A stretch of 64,000 nucleotides of DNA, from positions 25,336-89,335 of the forward strand of contig DDXV01000003.1 in NCBI GenBank assembly GCA_002347815.1, given 5' to 3'. Position numbers and translations under genes: made by a program. This DNA is from Syntrophaceae bacterium UBA2251. GTDB taxonomy: Bacteria; Desulfobacterota; Syntrophia; Syntrophales; UBA2251. Numbering within the stretch: position 1 is the stretch's first letter; each line of letters starts with the position of its first letter. Below the pieces are notes generated by a model. It was not told the DNA's origin, did not search any database, and saw nothing but the letters and a program-made list of their open reading frames with translations. This document shows, one piece after another, positions 41,075 to 49,775 of the stretch.

Positions 41075-41375
41075 TGCATGGCCGGAGCTGCGGGCGCTTC
41101 ACCAGTCCCGCCTGACCTATCTGCAGCATGAGCGTCTCGCTCACCTGCACGTGACGCTGGCGGTCGGCCTGTATGCGCTGCTTTTTTTCATCGCCGCCCT
41201 CTTCGCCCCGACCGCGCTTCTCTGGACGGTCACGGCCCTGTTCGTTGTCCTGGAGGGGGCCTACCTCGTCCACTACTATCGTCTGGAAAACGGCGTACAG
41301 CGGTGGTATCGGCTTGCCGACGAGATCGCCGGGCGCCTCCCGCCGCGGACATCCGGAACGCAGCTTGTCGTGTAA
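41007..41375 (+). CDS. hypothetical membrane protein
   Basis: 122 aa. SD AAAGGAG 6 nt upstream. Two hydrophobic helices (LHVTLAVGLYALLFFIAALF, LLWTVTALFVVLEGAYLV). Confidence 0.5.
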   Translation: MIRYMRDHERRVRAALACAAADDAWPELRALHQSRLTYLQHERLAHLHVTLAVGLYALLFFIAALFAPTALLWTVTALFVVLEGAYLVHYYRLENGVQRWYRLADEIAGRLPPRTSGTQLVV

Positions 41376-41422
41376 GGCAACCCTGTCGCGCCCCGAGGGG
41401 TTGTTAACCGCCCCGGGACGGT

Positions 41423-42682
41423 CTACCGCCATTCCCGCTCGTCGACGAGCGGCCGGTCCGTCGCCGCGAGCGTCCCTTGCGGAACCCATTCCAGCCGATC
41501 GACGCCGACCGTACAGATCTCGCGGAAACCGCGCTTGAATTCCTCATCCCCCGCCCAACCGTCGACCGGCGTGCCGGGGGCGCCTTCGACCCTGACGACC
41601 AGCAGATCCCTGTCGCCCTCCCGCCGGACATGGACCCGGAAGGATTTGCCTGAAAACCGCTGTGCGAGGCGCTGGATCTGACTTGGCGCGACGAACATCC
41701 CCCGCACCTTGACCGCCTCCCCGACGCGGCCCGCGATCCCGTCCAACCGGTAAGCCGTTCGTCCGCAGGGGCAAGGCATTTCGATCAGCCGGGAAAGGTC
41801 CCCCGTTCCGAAGCGCATCAGGAAGAAGATGTCGTTGAACCGGGTCACCACGACCTGCCCGAGTTCCCCGGCGGGCAGGCGACGACCGTTTTCGGGATCG
41901 CAGATCTCGACGAGCACTTCCTCGCAGACGTGCCAGCCCGACTTCTCCCGGCATTCATAGGCCACGTCGCCGACCTCGGTGGCGCCGTACATCTGGTAGG
42001 TGTCCAGCCCGTAATCGCGCGTGAACGTCTCCCGGAGCGAGGGCCAGAGGGGTTCGGCGGCGAAGCAGGCCCGCTTCAGACGAAAATCCTTTCTCCAGTC
42101 ATACCCCATCTCCTCCGCCTTCCGGATGATCGCCATGAGAAAGCTGGGAGTTCCCGTATAGGCCGTGATCCCAAGATCCCGGATCAGCTCCACCTGGCTT
42201 TGGGCGCCGGCGGTGCCGGAGGGAACGACCGTCGCGCCCACCCGGCGCAACCCGCCGTGAAACGTCAGTCCGGCGGCGACGAGGTGGTAGGAGAAGGCGT
42301 TCAGAACGCGGTCCGCCTTTCCGATCCCCGCGGCATGATAGGCCCGGGCCCAGAGCGCGTCCGTCTCGGACAGGTGGGGCTCGTAGACCGGCCCGGGCGA
42401 GATGAAGATGCGATCGACGGGCGCGGCGGGGTCGACCAGGCCGCCGTACGGGGGTTCGGACAGCTCCCACTGGATCAGCGTTTCGCGGGAAATGACGGGC
42501 AGGCGCTCCAGGTCCGCGGCGAGCGAAAAATCCGCCGGCTTCAGGCCTGTTTCATCGAGGATCCGGCGCATACGGGACGACGCCCGATAGCCGTCCTCAA
42601 GCATGGCGCGCATCCGGGAGAATTTCCGCGCCCGCCTCGCCTCCGCATCCTCATGCTCCCATGCATCGAACCCGTCTGCCAT
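41423..42682 (-). CDS. phenylacetate-CoA ligase family (PaaK / F390-synthetase-like) adenylate-forming enzyme
   Basis: 419 aa. Overall pattern of the PaaK-like family (LERLPVISRETL, YTGTPSF, YGATEVG, C-terminal small domain). Last gene of the liv-type operon. Confidence 0.8.
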   Translation of the reverse strand: MADGFDAWEHEDAEARRARKFSRMRAMLEDGYRASSRMRRILDETGLKPADFSLAADLERLPVISRETLIQWELSEPPYGGLVDPAAPVDRIFISPGPVYEPHLSETDALWARAYHAAGIGKADRVLNAFSYHLVAAGLTFHGGLRRVGATVVPSGTAGAQSQVELIRDLGITAYTGTPSFLMAIIRKAEEMGYDWRKDFRLKRACFAAEPLWPSLRETFTRDYGLDTYQMYGATEVGDVAYECREKSGWHVCEEVLVEICDPENGRRLPAGELGQVVVTRFNDIFFLMRFGTGDLSRLIEMPCPCGRTAYRLDGIAGRVGEAVKVRGMFVAPSQIQRLAQRFSGKSFRVHVRREGDRDLLVVRVEGAPGTPVDGWAGDEEFKRGFREICTVGVDRLEWVPQGTLAATDRPLVDEREWR

Positions 42683-42721
42683 CCGTCCCTCCTCAGCGTT
42701 GGAGCGCCCCCGGCGCCCCCG

Positions 42722-43522
42722 TCATAACCAGCGCTTCCGCCGGCGATAGGATTTGGGCTGCTGATAGGCGCCGGGCCCGCCGGCGCCCCCCCCACCCAGA
42801 TAGAATTCCTTGACGTCGGGATTGTCCTTCAGCGTCTCCGAGGCGCCCTCCATGACGATTTTGCCGTTTTCCATCACGTATCCATAGTGGGCGATCTCGA
42901 GGGCGATCCGGGCATTCTGTTCCACCAGGATGATGGTGGTCTGCTGCTCCCCGTTGATCCGGGCGATGATGCGGAAGATCTCCTCGACCACGAGGGGCGC
43001 CAGCCCCAGGGAAGGTTCATCGAGCAGCAGGAGCTTCGGATGGGCCATCAAGGCCCGCCCCATGACGAGCATCTGGAGTTCTCCGCCGCTGCAGTAACCG
43101 GCCAGCGCCTTGCGGCGATCCCACAGGACGGGGAAGTAGTGGTACACGAGTTCCAGGTCCTTTCGATAGGGCTTCCCCCAGCGCGTGGCCGTCCCGACGC
43201 GAAGATTCTCTTCGATGGTCAGGTACTTGAAGGGCTGACGCCCCTCGAGCACCTGGATGATCCCCAGACGGGTGATCTGTTCTGGGGACCGATTTTCGAG
43301 GGGATGCCCCTCATACAGGATGGCGCCGTCGGTCACACGGCCGTTCTCGGGCTTGAGCAGCCCCGAGACGGCCTTGAGCGTGGTTGTCTTCCCTGCCCCG
43401 TTGCTGCCCAGGAGCGAGACAATCCGGCGGTTGGGCACCTGGAGCGATACGCCTTTGAGGACCTGAATCACATCGGCGTACACGACGCTGATGTTGTTGA
43501 TTTCGAGAAGCGTGTCTTCCAT
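42722..43522 (-). CDS. livF: branched-chain-amino-acid-type ABC transporter ATP-binding protein (LivF-like)
   Basis: Start at MEDTLLEINNISVVY. Walker A GSNGAGKTT. Signature CSGGELQM. Walker B LLLLDEPS. Confidence 0.92.
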   Translation of the reverse strand: MEDTLLEINNISVVYADVIQVLKGVSLQVPNRRIVSLLGSNGAGKTTTLKAVSGLLKPENGRVTDGAILYEGHPLENRSPEQITRLGIIQVLEGRQPFKYLTIEENLRVGTATRWGKPYRKDLELVYHYFPVLWDRRKALAGYCSGGELQMLVMGRALMAHPKLLLLDEPSLGLAPLVVEEIFRIIARINGEQQTTIILVEQNARIALEIAHYGYVMENGKIVMEGASETLKDNPDVKEFYLGGGGAGGPGAYQQPKSYRRRKRWL

Positions 43523-43532
43523 ATTGCTTCCC

Positions 43533-44603
43533 TCAATAGGAAAAGGGCCAGAGGCGGAAACTGGACCGGATGATCCGCCAGAGCTCCGCCAGGCCGCGGG
43601 GTTCGAAGAGGATGAACAGGACGATCGCGAGTCCGAAGGCAAATTCCCGGAGCGGGGCCATATTGAGGCCGGACTGGGTGATGAACCCGAAGTTCATCAT
43701 CAGGTCGGTGAGCCAGCGGAGTGATTCGTTGAGCACCGTGATGAACACCGCCCCGTAGACGGAGCCTGCGACGCTCCCCAGTCCGCCGATGATCACCATC
43801 GCGATGTATTCGACGGACAGCGACAGATTGAAGGGCTCCGAGGTGACGCTGACCATGTAATAGGCCCACAGGGCGCCGGCCAGTCCGGCGTAGAAAGAGC
43901 TGATGCCGAAGGAGAGGATCTTGTAGCTGAAGATGGGGATGCCCATTCCCTCGGCGGCGCGATCGTTGTCGCGGATGGCGATGAACGCGCGGCCGTAGCG
44001 CGTCCGGATGAGATTGACGGCCATCCAGATCATCAGCGCCAGGACGGCGAAAATGACGTAAAAAAATCGGATGTCGCCCCGCAGGGAGATTCCGAACAGG
44101 GTCGGGGCGGGGACGGTTATTCCCTCCGTCCCGCGCGTGACCCCCTCCCAGTGCACGAGGACGTATTCGATGATGAACTGCCCGGCCAGCGTGGCGATGG
44201 TCAGGTAGAGGCCCTTGAGCCGGCCGGAAGGGATCCCGAAAATCATTCCGACGCCGGCGGTGATGAGGCCGGCCGCGGGGACGCTCAGAAGAAAGGGAAC
44301 GTTGAACGTCGCGGACATCACGGCGGCGGCGTACGCGCCCACACCGAAGAAAGCCCCGTGACCGAGAGAGATCATCCCCGTGTACCCGACCAGGATGTTG
44401 AGTCCGATCGCCGCAATGGCGTAGATGCCGATCATGTTGACGACGTAAAGCAGGTAGGGCGGACTGATGAACGGAACGGCGCAGAAGAGCGCCGCGATCC
44501 CGGCCAGGGACCAGAGCCGGCCGTAATCGGAGCTGAAGATCGCCAGTTCGTCCGCGTACGATTCCTTGTAATTGCCGCAGGGGTGAAGGCGGAGCTTTCT
44601 CAT
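43533..44603 (-). CDS. livM: ABC transporter permease (LivM-like)
   Basis: 356 aa polytopic membrane protein with the LivM-type GMISLGHGAFFGVGAY motif. Confidence 0.92.
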   Translation of the reverse strand: MRKLRLHPCGNYKESYADELAIFSSDYGRLWSLAGIAALFCAVPFISPPYLLYVVNMIGIYAIAAIGLNILVGYTGMISLGHGAFFGVGAYAAAVMSATFNVPFLLSVPAAGLITAGVGMIFGIPSGRLKGLYLTIATLAGQFIIEYVLVHWEGVTRGTEGITVPAPTLFGISLRGDIRFFYVIFAVLALMIWMAVNLIRTRYGRAFIAIRDNDRAAEGMGIPIFSYKILSFGISSFYAGLAGALWAYYMVSVTSEPFNLSLSVEYIAMVIIGGLGSVAGSVYGAVFITVLNESLRWLTDLMMNFGFITQSGLNMAPLREFAFGLAIVLFILFEPRGLAELWRIIRSSFRLWPFSY

Positions 44604-44612
44604 GAATCCTCC

Positions 44613-45491
44613 CTAAACCCTTTCGATTTCGACCAGGCCGAAGAGTCCGTAAGGCCGGACGAGCAGCAGGACGACGAGAACGATATAGGGGACGACGTCC
44701 CGGAGGGAGGGCGAGAGGTATCCCCCCGTGAAGGCCTCGAGGACCCCGATGATCAGTCCGCCGATCACGGCGCCGCTGATGGAGTTGAGTCCCCCGAGGA
44801 TGACCACGGGGAAGACCTTCAGCCCGACGGCGCTGAGGTCATGAACGCTGATCCCGTTCATGAGACCGAGGATGATGCCGCTCATGCCCGCCACCAGGGC
44901 GGCGATGCCCCAGGACAGGGCGAAGACGCGCCGGACATGCACGCCCAGGGACAGGGCGGCCCGCTGGTTGTCGGCAACGGAGCGCATGAAAATGCCCTGC
45001 GCCGAATACTTGAAGAACAGACCGAAGAGGACGAGAAACAGGACGCCGACGAGGATCGCCGCCATATAGACCGGAGGAATGCGGAGCCATCCCGACTGGA
45101 TGTCCATCCAGGCCGGGAGAAAATCCGGCAGGGTTCGCAGGTTCCCCCCCCAGATGAGGAGGAGCAGCCCCCTCAGCATCGCCGCCAGGCCGACCGTGAG
45201 CATGATGACGTAAATGAGCGGTTCGCCGATGAGCGGTCGCAGGAAAAACCGTTCGATCAGAAAACCCAGGACGAAGCACCCCGTGAGCGTCGCGAGAAAG
45301 GCCCACCCGATCGGGAGCTGGACGACCGAATGAAGGGAGAGGAAAACGAAGGCGCCCAGGGCGAGGAGTTCGCCGTGCGCAAAATTGAGCACGCTGGAGG
45401 ACTTGAAGATCATGACGAATCCCATCGCCGACAGCCCGTACAGGAAGCCGACGCTCAGCCCGTTGACCAAAAGTTGAATGAAAAAGTCCAT
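44613..45491 (-). CDS. livH: ABC transporter permease (LivH-like)
   Basis: Start at MDFFIQLLVNGLSVG. Contains LNFAHGE, typical of LivH. Confidence 0.92.
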   Translation of the reverse strand: MDFFIQLLVNGLSVGFLYGLSAMGFVMIFKSSSVLNFAHGELLALGAFVFLSLHSVVQLPIGWAFLATLTGCFVLGFLIERFFLRPLIGEPLIYVIMLTVGLAAMLRGLLLLIWGGNLRTLPDFLPAWMDIQSGWLRIPPVYMAAILVGVLFLVLFGLFFKYSAQGIFMRSVADNQRAALSLGVHVRRVFALSWGIAALVAGMSGIILGLMNGISVHDLSAVGLKVFPVVILGGLNSISGAVIGGLIIGVLEAFTGGYLSPSLRDVVPYIVLVVLLLVRPYGLFGLVEIERV

Positions 45492-45507
45492 AGTCGGTTC
45501 CTTCCGC

Positions 45508-47466
45508 TCACGCCTCGAGGATGCGCACGCTGGTTTCAATGACCCCGACCTGTCCGTCCCGGTATTTCACCTTGCCCTTGACGGGCAGTGTCGTCAGATC
45601 GCCGTACATCGCCTCGATCAGAGGCAGGTAGAGCCCGTAGACGAAGCGGCGGCGGACCTTGCCGGTCCGCGTCAGCTCCTCGTCGTCCGCGTCGAGCAGT
45701 TTATACAGCAGGATGAACTTTCTGATCCGCATCGCGTCGGGGAGCCGTCCGTTCGTCCGGCGGAGCTCTTCCCTGAGCAGGGCGGCCACATCGGCCTGCT
45801 GCGAGAGATCGTTGTAGGTCGTGTAGGGGATCATCCGATCCTCCGCCCAGGCGCCGACGTTGCCGAAGTCGATGTTGACGAGCGCCGTGAGGAAGGGCTT
45901 ACCCTCGCCGAAGACGACGGCTTCCTTGATGTAGGGGCTGAACTTCAGTCGCGTTTCGATGTAATCCGGGGAAAAGGCCTGCCCCTCCTTGTTGCGGATG
46001 ATCTCTTCCCGGCGGCCGATGATCACAAGATGCCCGTCCTCGTCCAGATAGCCGGCGTCCCCGGTTCTGAGCCATCCCTCGCGGAAGGCCGCTTCCGTGG
46101 CGGCGAAGTCCTGATGGTAGCCCATGAAATTGGCATCGCTTTTGACCATCACCTCCTGGTCTTCGCCGATCATGACCTGCGTGTCCGGAAGGGGCTTCCC
46201 CACCGTTTCCGGCTTCACCTCTCCGTCCGGCTGAACCTGGAAAATGCCGCCCGCTTCGGTCAGCCCGTAGCACTGCTTGAGATTGAGTCCCGTGGCACGG
46301 AAAAAACGAATGACGTCCGGGCTGATCGGATGTCCGCCGGTGAAGGCCGAGCGGAGTTGCGAGCAACCCATGCGGTCGAGCAGGGGCTTGAAGGCGATCC
46401 GGTCGGCGATCCGCTTTCGCCAGCGGAGGCTGATCGGGGTCGCCGTTTTCCGTTCCTCCGCCTCCAGGGCCCTTCGCCCGATCCCCTCCGCCCAGGCAAA
46501 CAGGGTTCGCTTCAGCCAGCCCGCGTCGCCCATCCGGACGCGGATGCGTGAGGCCATATCCTCCCAGAACCGGGACGAGGTGATGAGCAGATGGGGACCG
46601 ATTTCGCGGAAATCCTCCAGAAGGGTCTCGGGCGTATTGGCGAAATTCATGGTCATCCCGCTCACGAGAGCCACTCCCATTCCCCACATCTGATCGACGA
46701 TCCAGGCGGGAGGGGACATGGAATACCAGTTTTCGCCCGGCCGGATTCGCAAGGCATCCCGCCATTTTGTCCCCATCGCCAGAAGATTGCCATGGGACAG
46801 CATGGCGATCTTCGGCAGTCCGGTCGTTCCGGATGTCAGGATCATGACCGCCGTCCCGGAGGCCCTTCCCTTTTTCAAAAGCGCCTCGTACTGCTCCGGT
46901 CGCTCCCGCTCCAGCCGCTCGCCACGCGAGATCAGGTCCGCGAAGCTGATGAGCCAGGGCTCTCCCTGATAGGGTCGCATCCCGGTGGGATCTACATAGA
47001 TGACGTGGCGGATATCCGGAAGGCGGTCGCGAACCTCCAGAAGCTTGTCCACCTGCTCCTGGTCCTGGACGATCACGAAACGCGCGGACACGCGCTTCAG
47101 GGCGCCGGCGAGTTCGTCGGCCACGGCCGCGGTAAACAGACACAGAGAGATCGCCCCCGCCGCATGCGTCGCGAGCTCTCCGAACAGCCATTCAGGGCCG
47201 TTGTCGAGAATGAGGCCGTTGGTTTCGCCGGGGCGCTGTCCGAGGGAGACAAGCCCCAGCGCGCACCGCCTGACATAGGATTCATACTCCGTCCAGGTCA
47301 AGGCTTGCCAGATGCCATAGGCCTTTTCCCGAATCGCGATCCGGCTGCCGCCCAGGGTCGACGCCTGCCGGGCGAGCATTTTGGGCAGGGTATCGACGCC
47401 GGCATCGGACGGAGGTGAACCCTCCGGTCGCGGCGGGTGGGAAAGCGGCACCGGTTCCATCCTCAT
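45508..47466 (-). CDS. AMP-forming acyl-CoA synthetase (long-chain-fatty-acid-CoA-ligase-like)
   Basis: 652 aa. AMP-binding motif ILTSGTTGLPK. Also YGLTEAGG and TGDAGYLDEDGHLVIIGR. The ATG overlaps the livG stop (ATGA). Inserted between livG and livH. Confidence 0.9.
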   Translation of the reverse strand: MRMEPVPLSHPPRPEGSPPSDAGVDTLPKMLARQASTLGGSRIAIREKAYGIWQALTWTEYESYVRRCALGLVSLGQRPGETNGLILDNGPEWLFGELATHAAGAISLCLFTAAVADELAGALKRVSARFVIVQDQEQVDKLLEVRDRLPDIRHVIYVDPTGMRPYQGEPWLISFADLISRGERLERERPEQYEALLKKGRASGTAVMILTSGTTGLPKIAMLSHGNLLAMGTKWRDALRIRPGENWYSMSPPAWIVDQMWGMGVALVSGMTMNFANTPETLLEDFREIGPHLLITSSRFWEDMASRIRVRMGDAGWLKRTLFAWAEGIGRRALEAEERKTATPISLRWRKRIADRIAFKPLLDRMGCSQLRSAFTGGHPISPDVIRFFRATGLNLKQCYGLTEAGGIFQVQPDGEVKPETVGKPLPDTQVMIGEDQEVMVKSDANFMGYHQDFAATEAAFREGWLRTGDAGYLDEDGHLVIIGRREEIIRNKEGQAFSPDYIETRLKFSPYIKEAVVFGEGKPFLTALVNIDFGNVGAWAEDRMIPYTTYNDLSQQADVAALLREELRRTNGRLPDAMRIRKFILLYKLLDADDEELTRTGKVRRRFVYGLYLPLIEAMYGDLTTLPVKGKVKYRDGQVGVIETSVRILEA

Positions 47467-48287
47467 GACGCGTCTCCCCCCAGATAGGCCTTGATCACTT
47501 CCGGATGGCGCTGGATGTCCTCCGACGTTCCCTCGGCCAGTTTCTGACCGAAGTTGAGCACGATGATCTTCTGGGCGATCCCCATGACGATGGACATGTC
47601 GTGCTCGACCAGGAGCATCGTCTGACCCCAGGCCCGGTGAAGTTCGAGCAGAAAGCGGACCATGTCCTCCTTCTCCTCAAGATTCATGCCGGCAAACGGT
47701 TCGTCGAGGACCAGAAGCCGGGGTTCGAGGGCGAGGGCGCGGCCCAATTCCACCCGCTTCATCATCCCGTACGGCAGGGATCCGACGGGGGTGTTTCGGA
47801 TCGCCTGCATTTCGAGAAAGTCGATCACCTCCTCGAGGATCTCGCGCTGTCGGACCTCGTCGCGTCGGACCCCGGAGGTGAAAAATGCGGCCGGCATCAG
47901 GCGATACCGGCAGTGCATGTGCCGGGCCAGCATCATGTTGGCCAGGACGGTCATGCCGGGAAAGAGCTCGATGTTCTGAAAGGTGCGGCCAATCCCGATC
48001 CCCGTCAGCAGGTGCGCCGGCAGGTGGGTCGTGTCGCGCCCGTTGAAGCGGATCCTTCCGCGCTGGGCCCGGTAAAATCCGGTGATGCAGTTCATCAGGC
48101 TGGTCTTCCCGGCGCCGTTCGGACCGATGACGGCGACAAGTTCGCCGGTATCCACGCGCAGTCCGACGTCGTTGAGCGCCGTGACGCCGCCGAACTGAAG
48201 CGTGAGGCCGCTCACGTCCAGCTCGGCCCGGCGCGAAGCAGGATCACGCCGGGCGAAGATGCGGGGTTGACCCCGGCAGGCTTTCAT
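47463..48287 (-). CDS. livG: ABC transporter ATP-binding protein (LivG-like)
   Basis: Start placed at MKACRG (48287), just downstream of the livK stop. Walker A GPNGAGKTS. Walker B LLVLDEPFAG. Confidence 0.92.
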   Translation of the reverse strand: MKACRGQPRIFARRDPASRRAELDVSGLTLQFGGVTALNDVGLRVDTGELVAVIGPNGAGKTSLMNCITGFYRAQRGRIRFNGRDTTHLPAHLLTGIGIGRTFQNIELFPGMTVLANMMLARHMHCRYRLMPAAFFTSGVRRDEVRQREILEEVIDFLEMQAIRNTPVGSLPYGMMKRVELGRALALEPRLLVLDEPFAGMNLEEKEDMVRFLLELHRAWGQTMLLVEHDMSIVMGIAQKIIVLNFGQKLAEGTSEDIQRHPEVIKAYLGGDAS

Positions 48288-48298
48288 CGCGGACGTCC

Positions 48299-49510
48299 CT
48301 ATTTCTTCAGCATCCGGATCTTTTCCTTCCCCGGAACGTAGAAATTCGTCAGGGGGACGAACTCCCCGTTTTCCCGGACTCGAACCATTCTGGCCGTGAA
48401 GGAGGCGCCATGATCCGCTGCGGTATAGGTAACGGAAGGCACCAGGCCGCCGAAGTCCTCGTTGCGGAAACCCTCCATGGCCCGATTGATGGTCGCCGCA
48501 TCGATCCGGCCGTATTTTTCCTTTGCCCGGATGAACGCCCGCTCCATGATCATGCCCACCACAACGCCTTCCCAATAGGAGGCGTCGAATTCCTTGACGG
48601 TCCCGTACCGCTTCCAAAGATCCTGCAGGATCTTGATCCCCTTGGACCGGTCGGACGGAACCCCGCCGGGGAACTGAATCACCAGCCGATCCCGGATCAG
48701 CCCTTTGGCCATCGGAAAGAAATCCGGGTCGGTGGAGGTCCAGGTTCCCAGAAACAGAGGTTCATAGGCGGCCCGGTCGGCATTTTTCAGGGCGGTGACG
48801 ACCGTGGCCGGCAGGACCTGCATGAAAACGTAATCCACGTTGTTTTTCTTCAGCCTCAGCATTTCCGTGGTCAGATCCATTGTCTTGGGCGGAAACTCCT
48901 CGACGGCGACGAGATTGATGCCGTTTTTGGCCGCGTACTCGCGCGTCGGCTGATGAATCGAACGCCCGTAGGCATTGTTGTAGGTGAGCAGCCCCACCCG
49001 CGGGGCCTCTTTCCCCTTGTGAACGGCGCGGATGTATTCCAGGACCGCCTGGCAATCCATGCGGTAGCTGCCGAAGGGGAGATACATGTAACTGACGGGA
49101 GGCTGCAAAATCTCCCAGCTGGTCGAGAAGTTGATGGTGGGAATGCGGTACTGCTGGACAATGGGCTTCGCGGCCAGGCCTTCGCCCGCCCCCCACGTCG
49201 CCATCATGTCCACGCGCTCCTGTACCGCGAATTTGCGGACGGCGGCCACGGCCTCCGGCACCTTGTAGCCCGTATCGACGAGGAGCATCTCGATCTGGCG
49301 TCCGCCGACCCCTTTTCGGACTTCGTTGACGTAACGGAAATAGTCCTTCATCCCCCTGGCGTGATACTGGCCGAAGGTCGAGGCGGGGCCGGTCATGTTG
49401 ATGGCCGCACCGACCCGGATGTTCTGCGCCGCCGTCGTCTCGCCGGCGCCCGTCGCCAGCGCCAGCAGCATCCCCGTGATCATCATCAATCCTTTACCGA
49501 TCGCTTTCAT
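48299..49510 (-). CDS. periplasmic substrate-binding protein, LivK/LivJ (type I PBP) family
   Basis: 403 aa. Signal peptide MKAIGKGLMMITGMLLALATGAG. Remainder is Leu/Ile/Val-binding-protein-like. SD GGAAGGAGGG. Confidence 0.9.
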   Translation of the reverse strand: MKAIGKGLMMITGMLLALATGAGETTAAQNIRVGAAINMTGPASTFGQYHARGMKDYFRYVNEVRKGVGGRQIEMLLVDTGYKVPEAVAAVRKFAVQERVDMMATWGAGEGLAAKPIVQQYRIPTINFSTSWEILQPPVSYMYLPFGSYRMDCQAVLEYIRAVHKGKEAPRVGLLTYNNAYGRSIHQPTREYAAKNGINLVAVEEFPPKTMDLTTEMLRLKKNNVDYVFMQVLPATVVTALKNADRAAYEPLFLGTWTSTDPDFFPMAKGLIRDRLVIQFPGGVPSDRSKGIKILQDLWKRYGTVKEFDASYWEGVVVGMIMERAFIRAKEKYGRIDAATINRAMEGFRNEDFGGLVPSVTYTAADHGASFTARMVRVRENGEFVPLTNFYVPGKEKIRMLKK

Positions 49511-49527
49511 ATTCCCTCCTTCCGGAT

Positions 49528-49554
49528 AAAAAAAACCGTGGCAGTCACCACGGC
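49528..49554 (-). terminator. intrinsic terminator T2 (second of a tandem pair) in the livK leader
   Basis: Minus strand: (G)CCGUGG-UGACUG-CCACGG followed by U8. Ends 17 nt before the livK ATG. Confidence 0.7.
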
Positions 49555-49594
49555 AAAAAAAAGCCGTGGGCGGTCAGATGGTCCGCCCACGGCT
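49555..49594 (-). terminator. intrinsic terminator T1 in the livK leader
   Basis: Minus strand: 12-bp perfect stem AGCCGUGGGCGG/CCGCCCACGGCU with a 9-nt loop, followed by U8. Confidence 0.75.
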
Positions 49595-49623
49595 CAAGAT
49601 CCCTCGATGTGGTCATGAGCCTA

Positions 49624-49695
49624 TCAGGCAGACCTCCGCCTAAAGCTAAAAAAGACGAAAAACGGTTTATCTTTCCCGAACGCTGCGGCCTTCAT
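49624..49695 (-). CDS. candidate Phe-rich leader peptide (23 aa: MKAAAFGKDKPFFVFFSFRRRSA)
   Basis: ATG 49695 lies 5 nt after SD GAGGGAGAG. 6 of 23 codons are Phe, and 5 of the 7 codons 12-18. Stop TGA at 49626-49624 lies 2 nt before a segment able to pair with the 5' arm of T1. Confidence 0.6.
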   Translation of the reverse strand: MKAAAFGKDKPFFVFFSFRRRSA

Positions 49696-49726
49696 GGCGG
49701 CTCTCCCTCTAAAATGCGGTGACATG

Positions 49727-49755
49727 TCACTAGAGGATCGACGATCCTTTGTCAA
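49727..49755 (-). promoter_or_regulatory. candidate promoter of the leader/liv operon, with flanking palindromes
   Basis: Minus strand: TTGACA (49755-49750), 17-nt spacer, TAGTGA (49732-49727). The spacer is itself the palindrome AGGATCG-N-CGATCCT (49734-49748). The -10/+1 region overlaps the perfect palindrome GTGACATGTCAC (49719-49730). Confidence 0.35.
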
Positions 49756-49775
49756 GAATTTTTTTTGAAATTTAT

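Noticed and set aside
49528-49594. Reading the two hairpins simply as the terminators of the upstream regulator gene
   Set aside because: Not fully excluded. It is disfavoured because a promoter-like element and an SD-preceded Phe-run mini-ORF lie between the regulator stop and the hairpins. The hairpin arms are mutually complementary in a chain. The second hairpin ends only 17 nt before the livK start, which leaves no room for another promoter.
49511-49775. Sigma54 (-24 GG / -12 GC, TGGCAC-N5-TTGC) promoter expected downstream of the NtrC-type regulator gene
   Set aside because: Scanning the minus strand by eye gave no match with correct spacing. The nearest GG...GC pairs are off by one and lie inside the terminator arms. 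The two-component system may regulate a target elsewhere.
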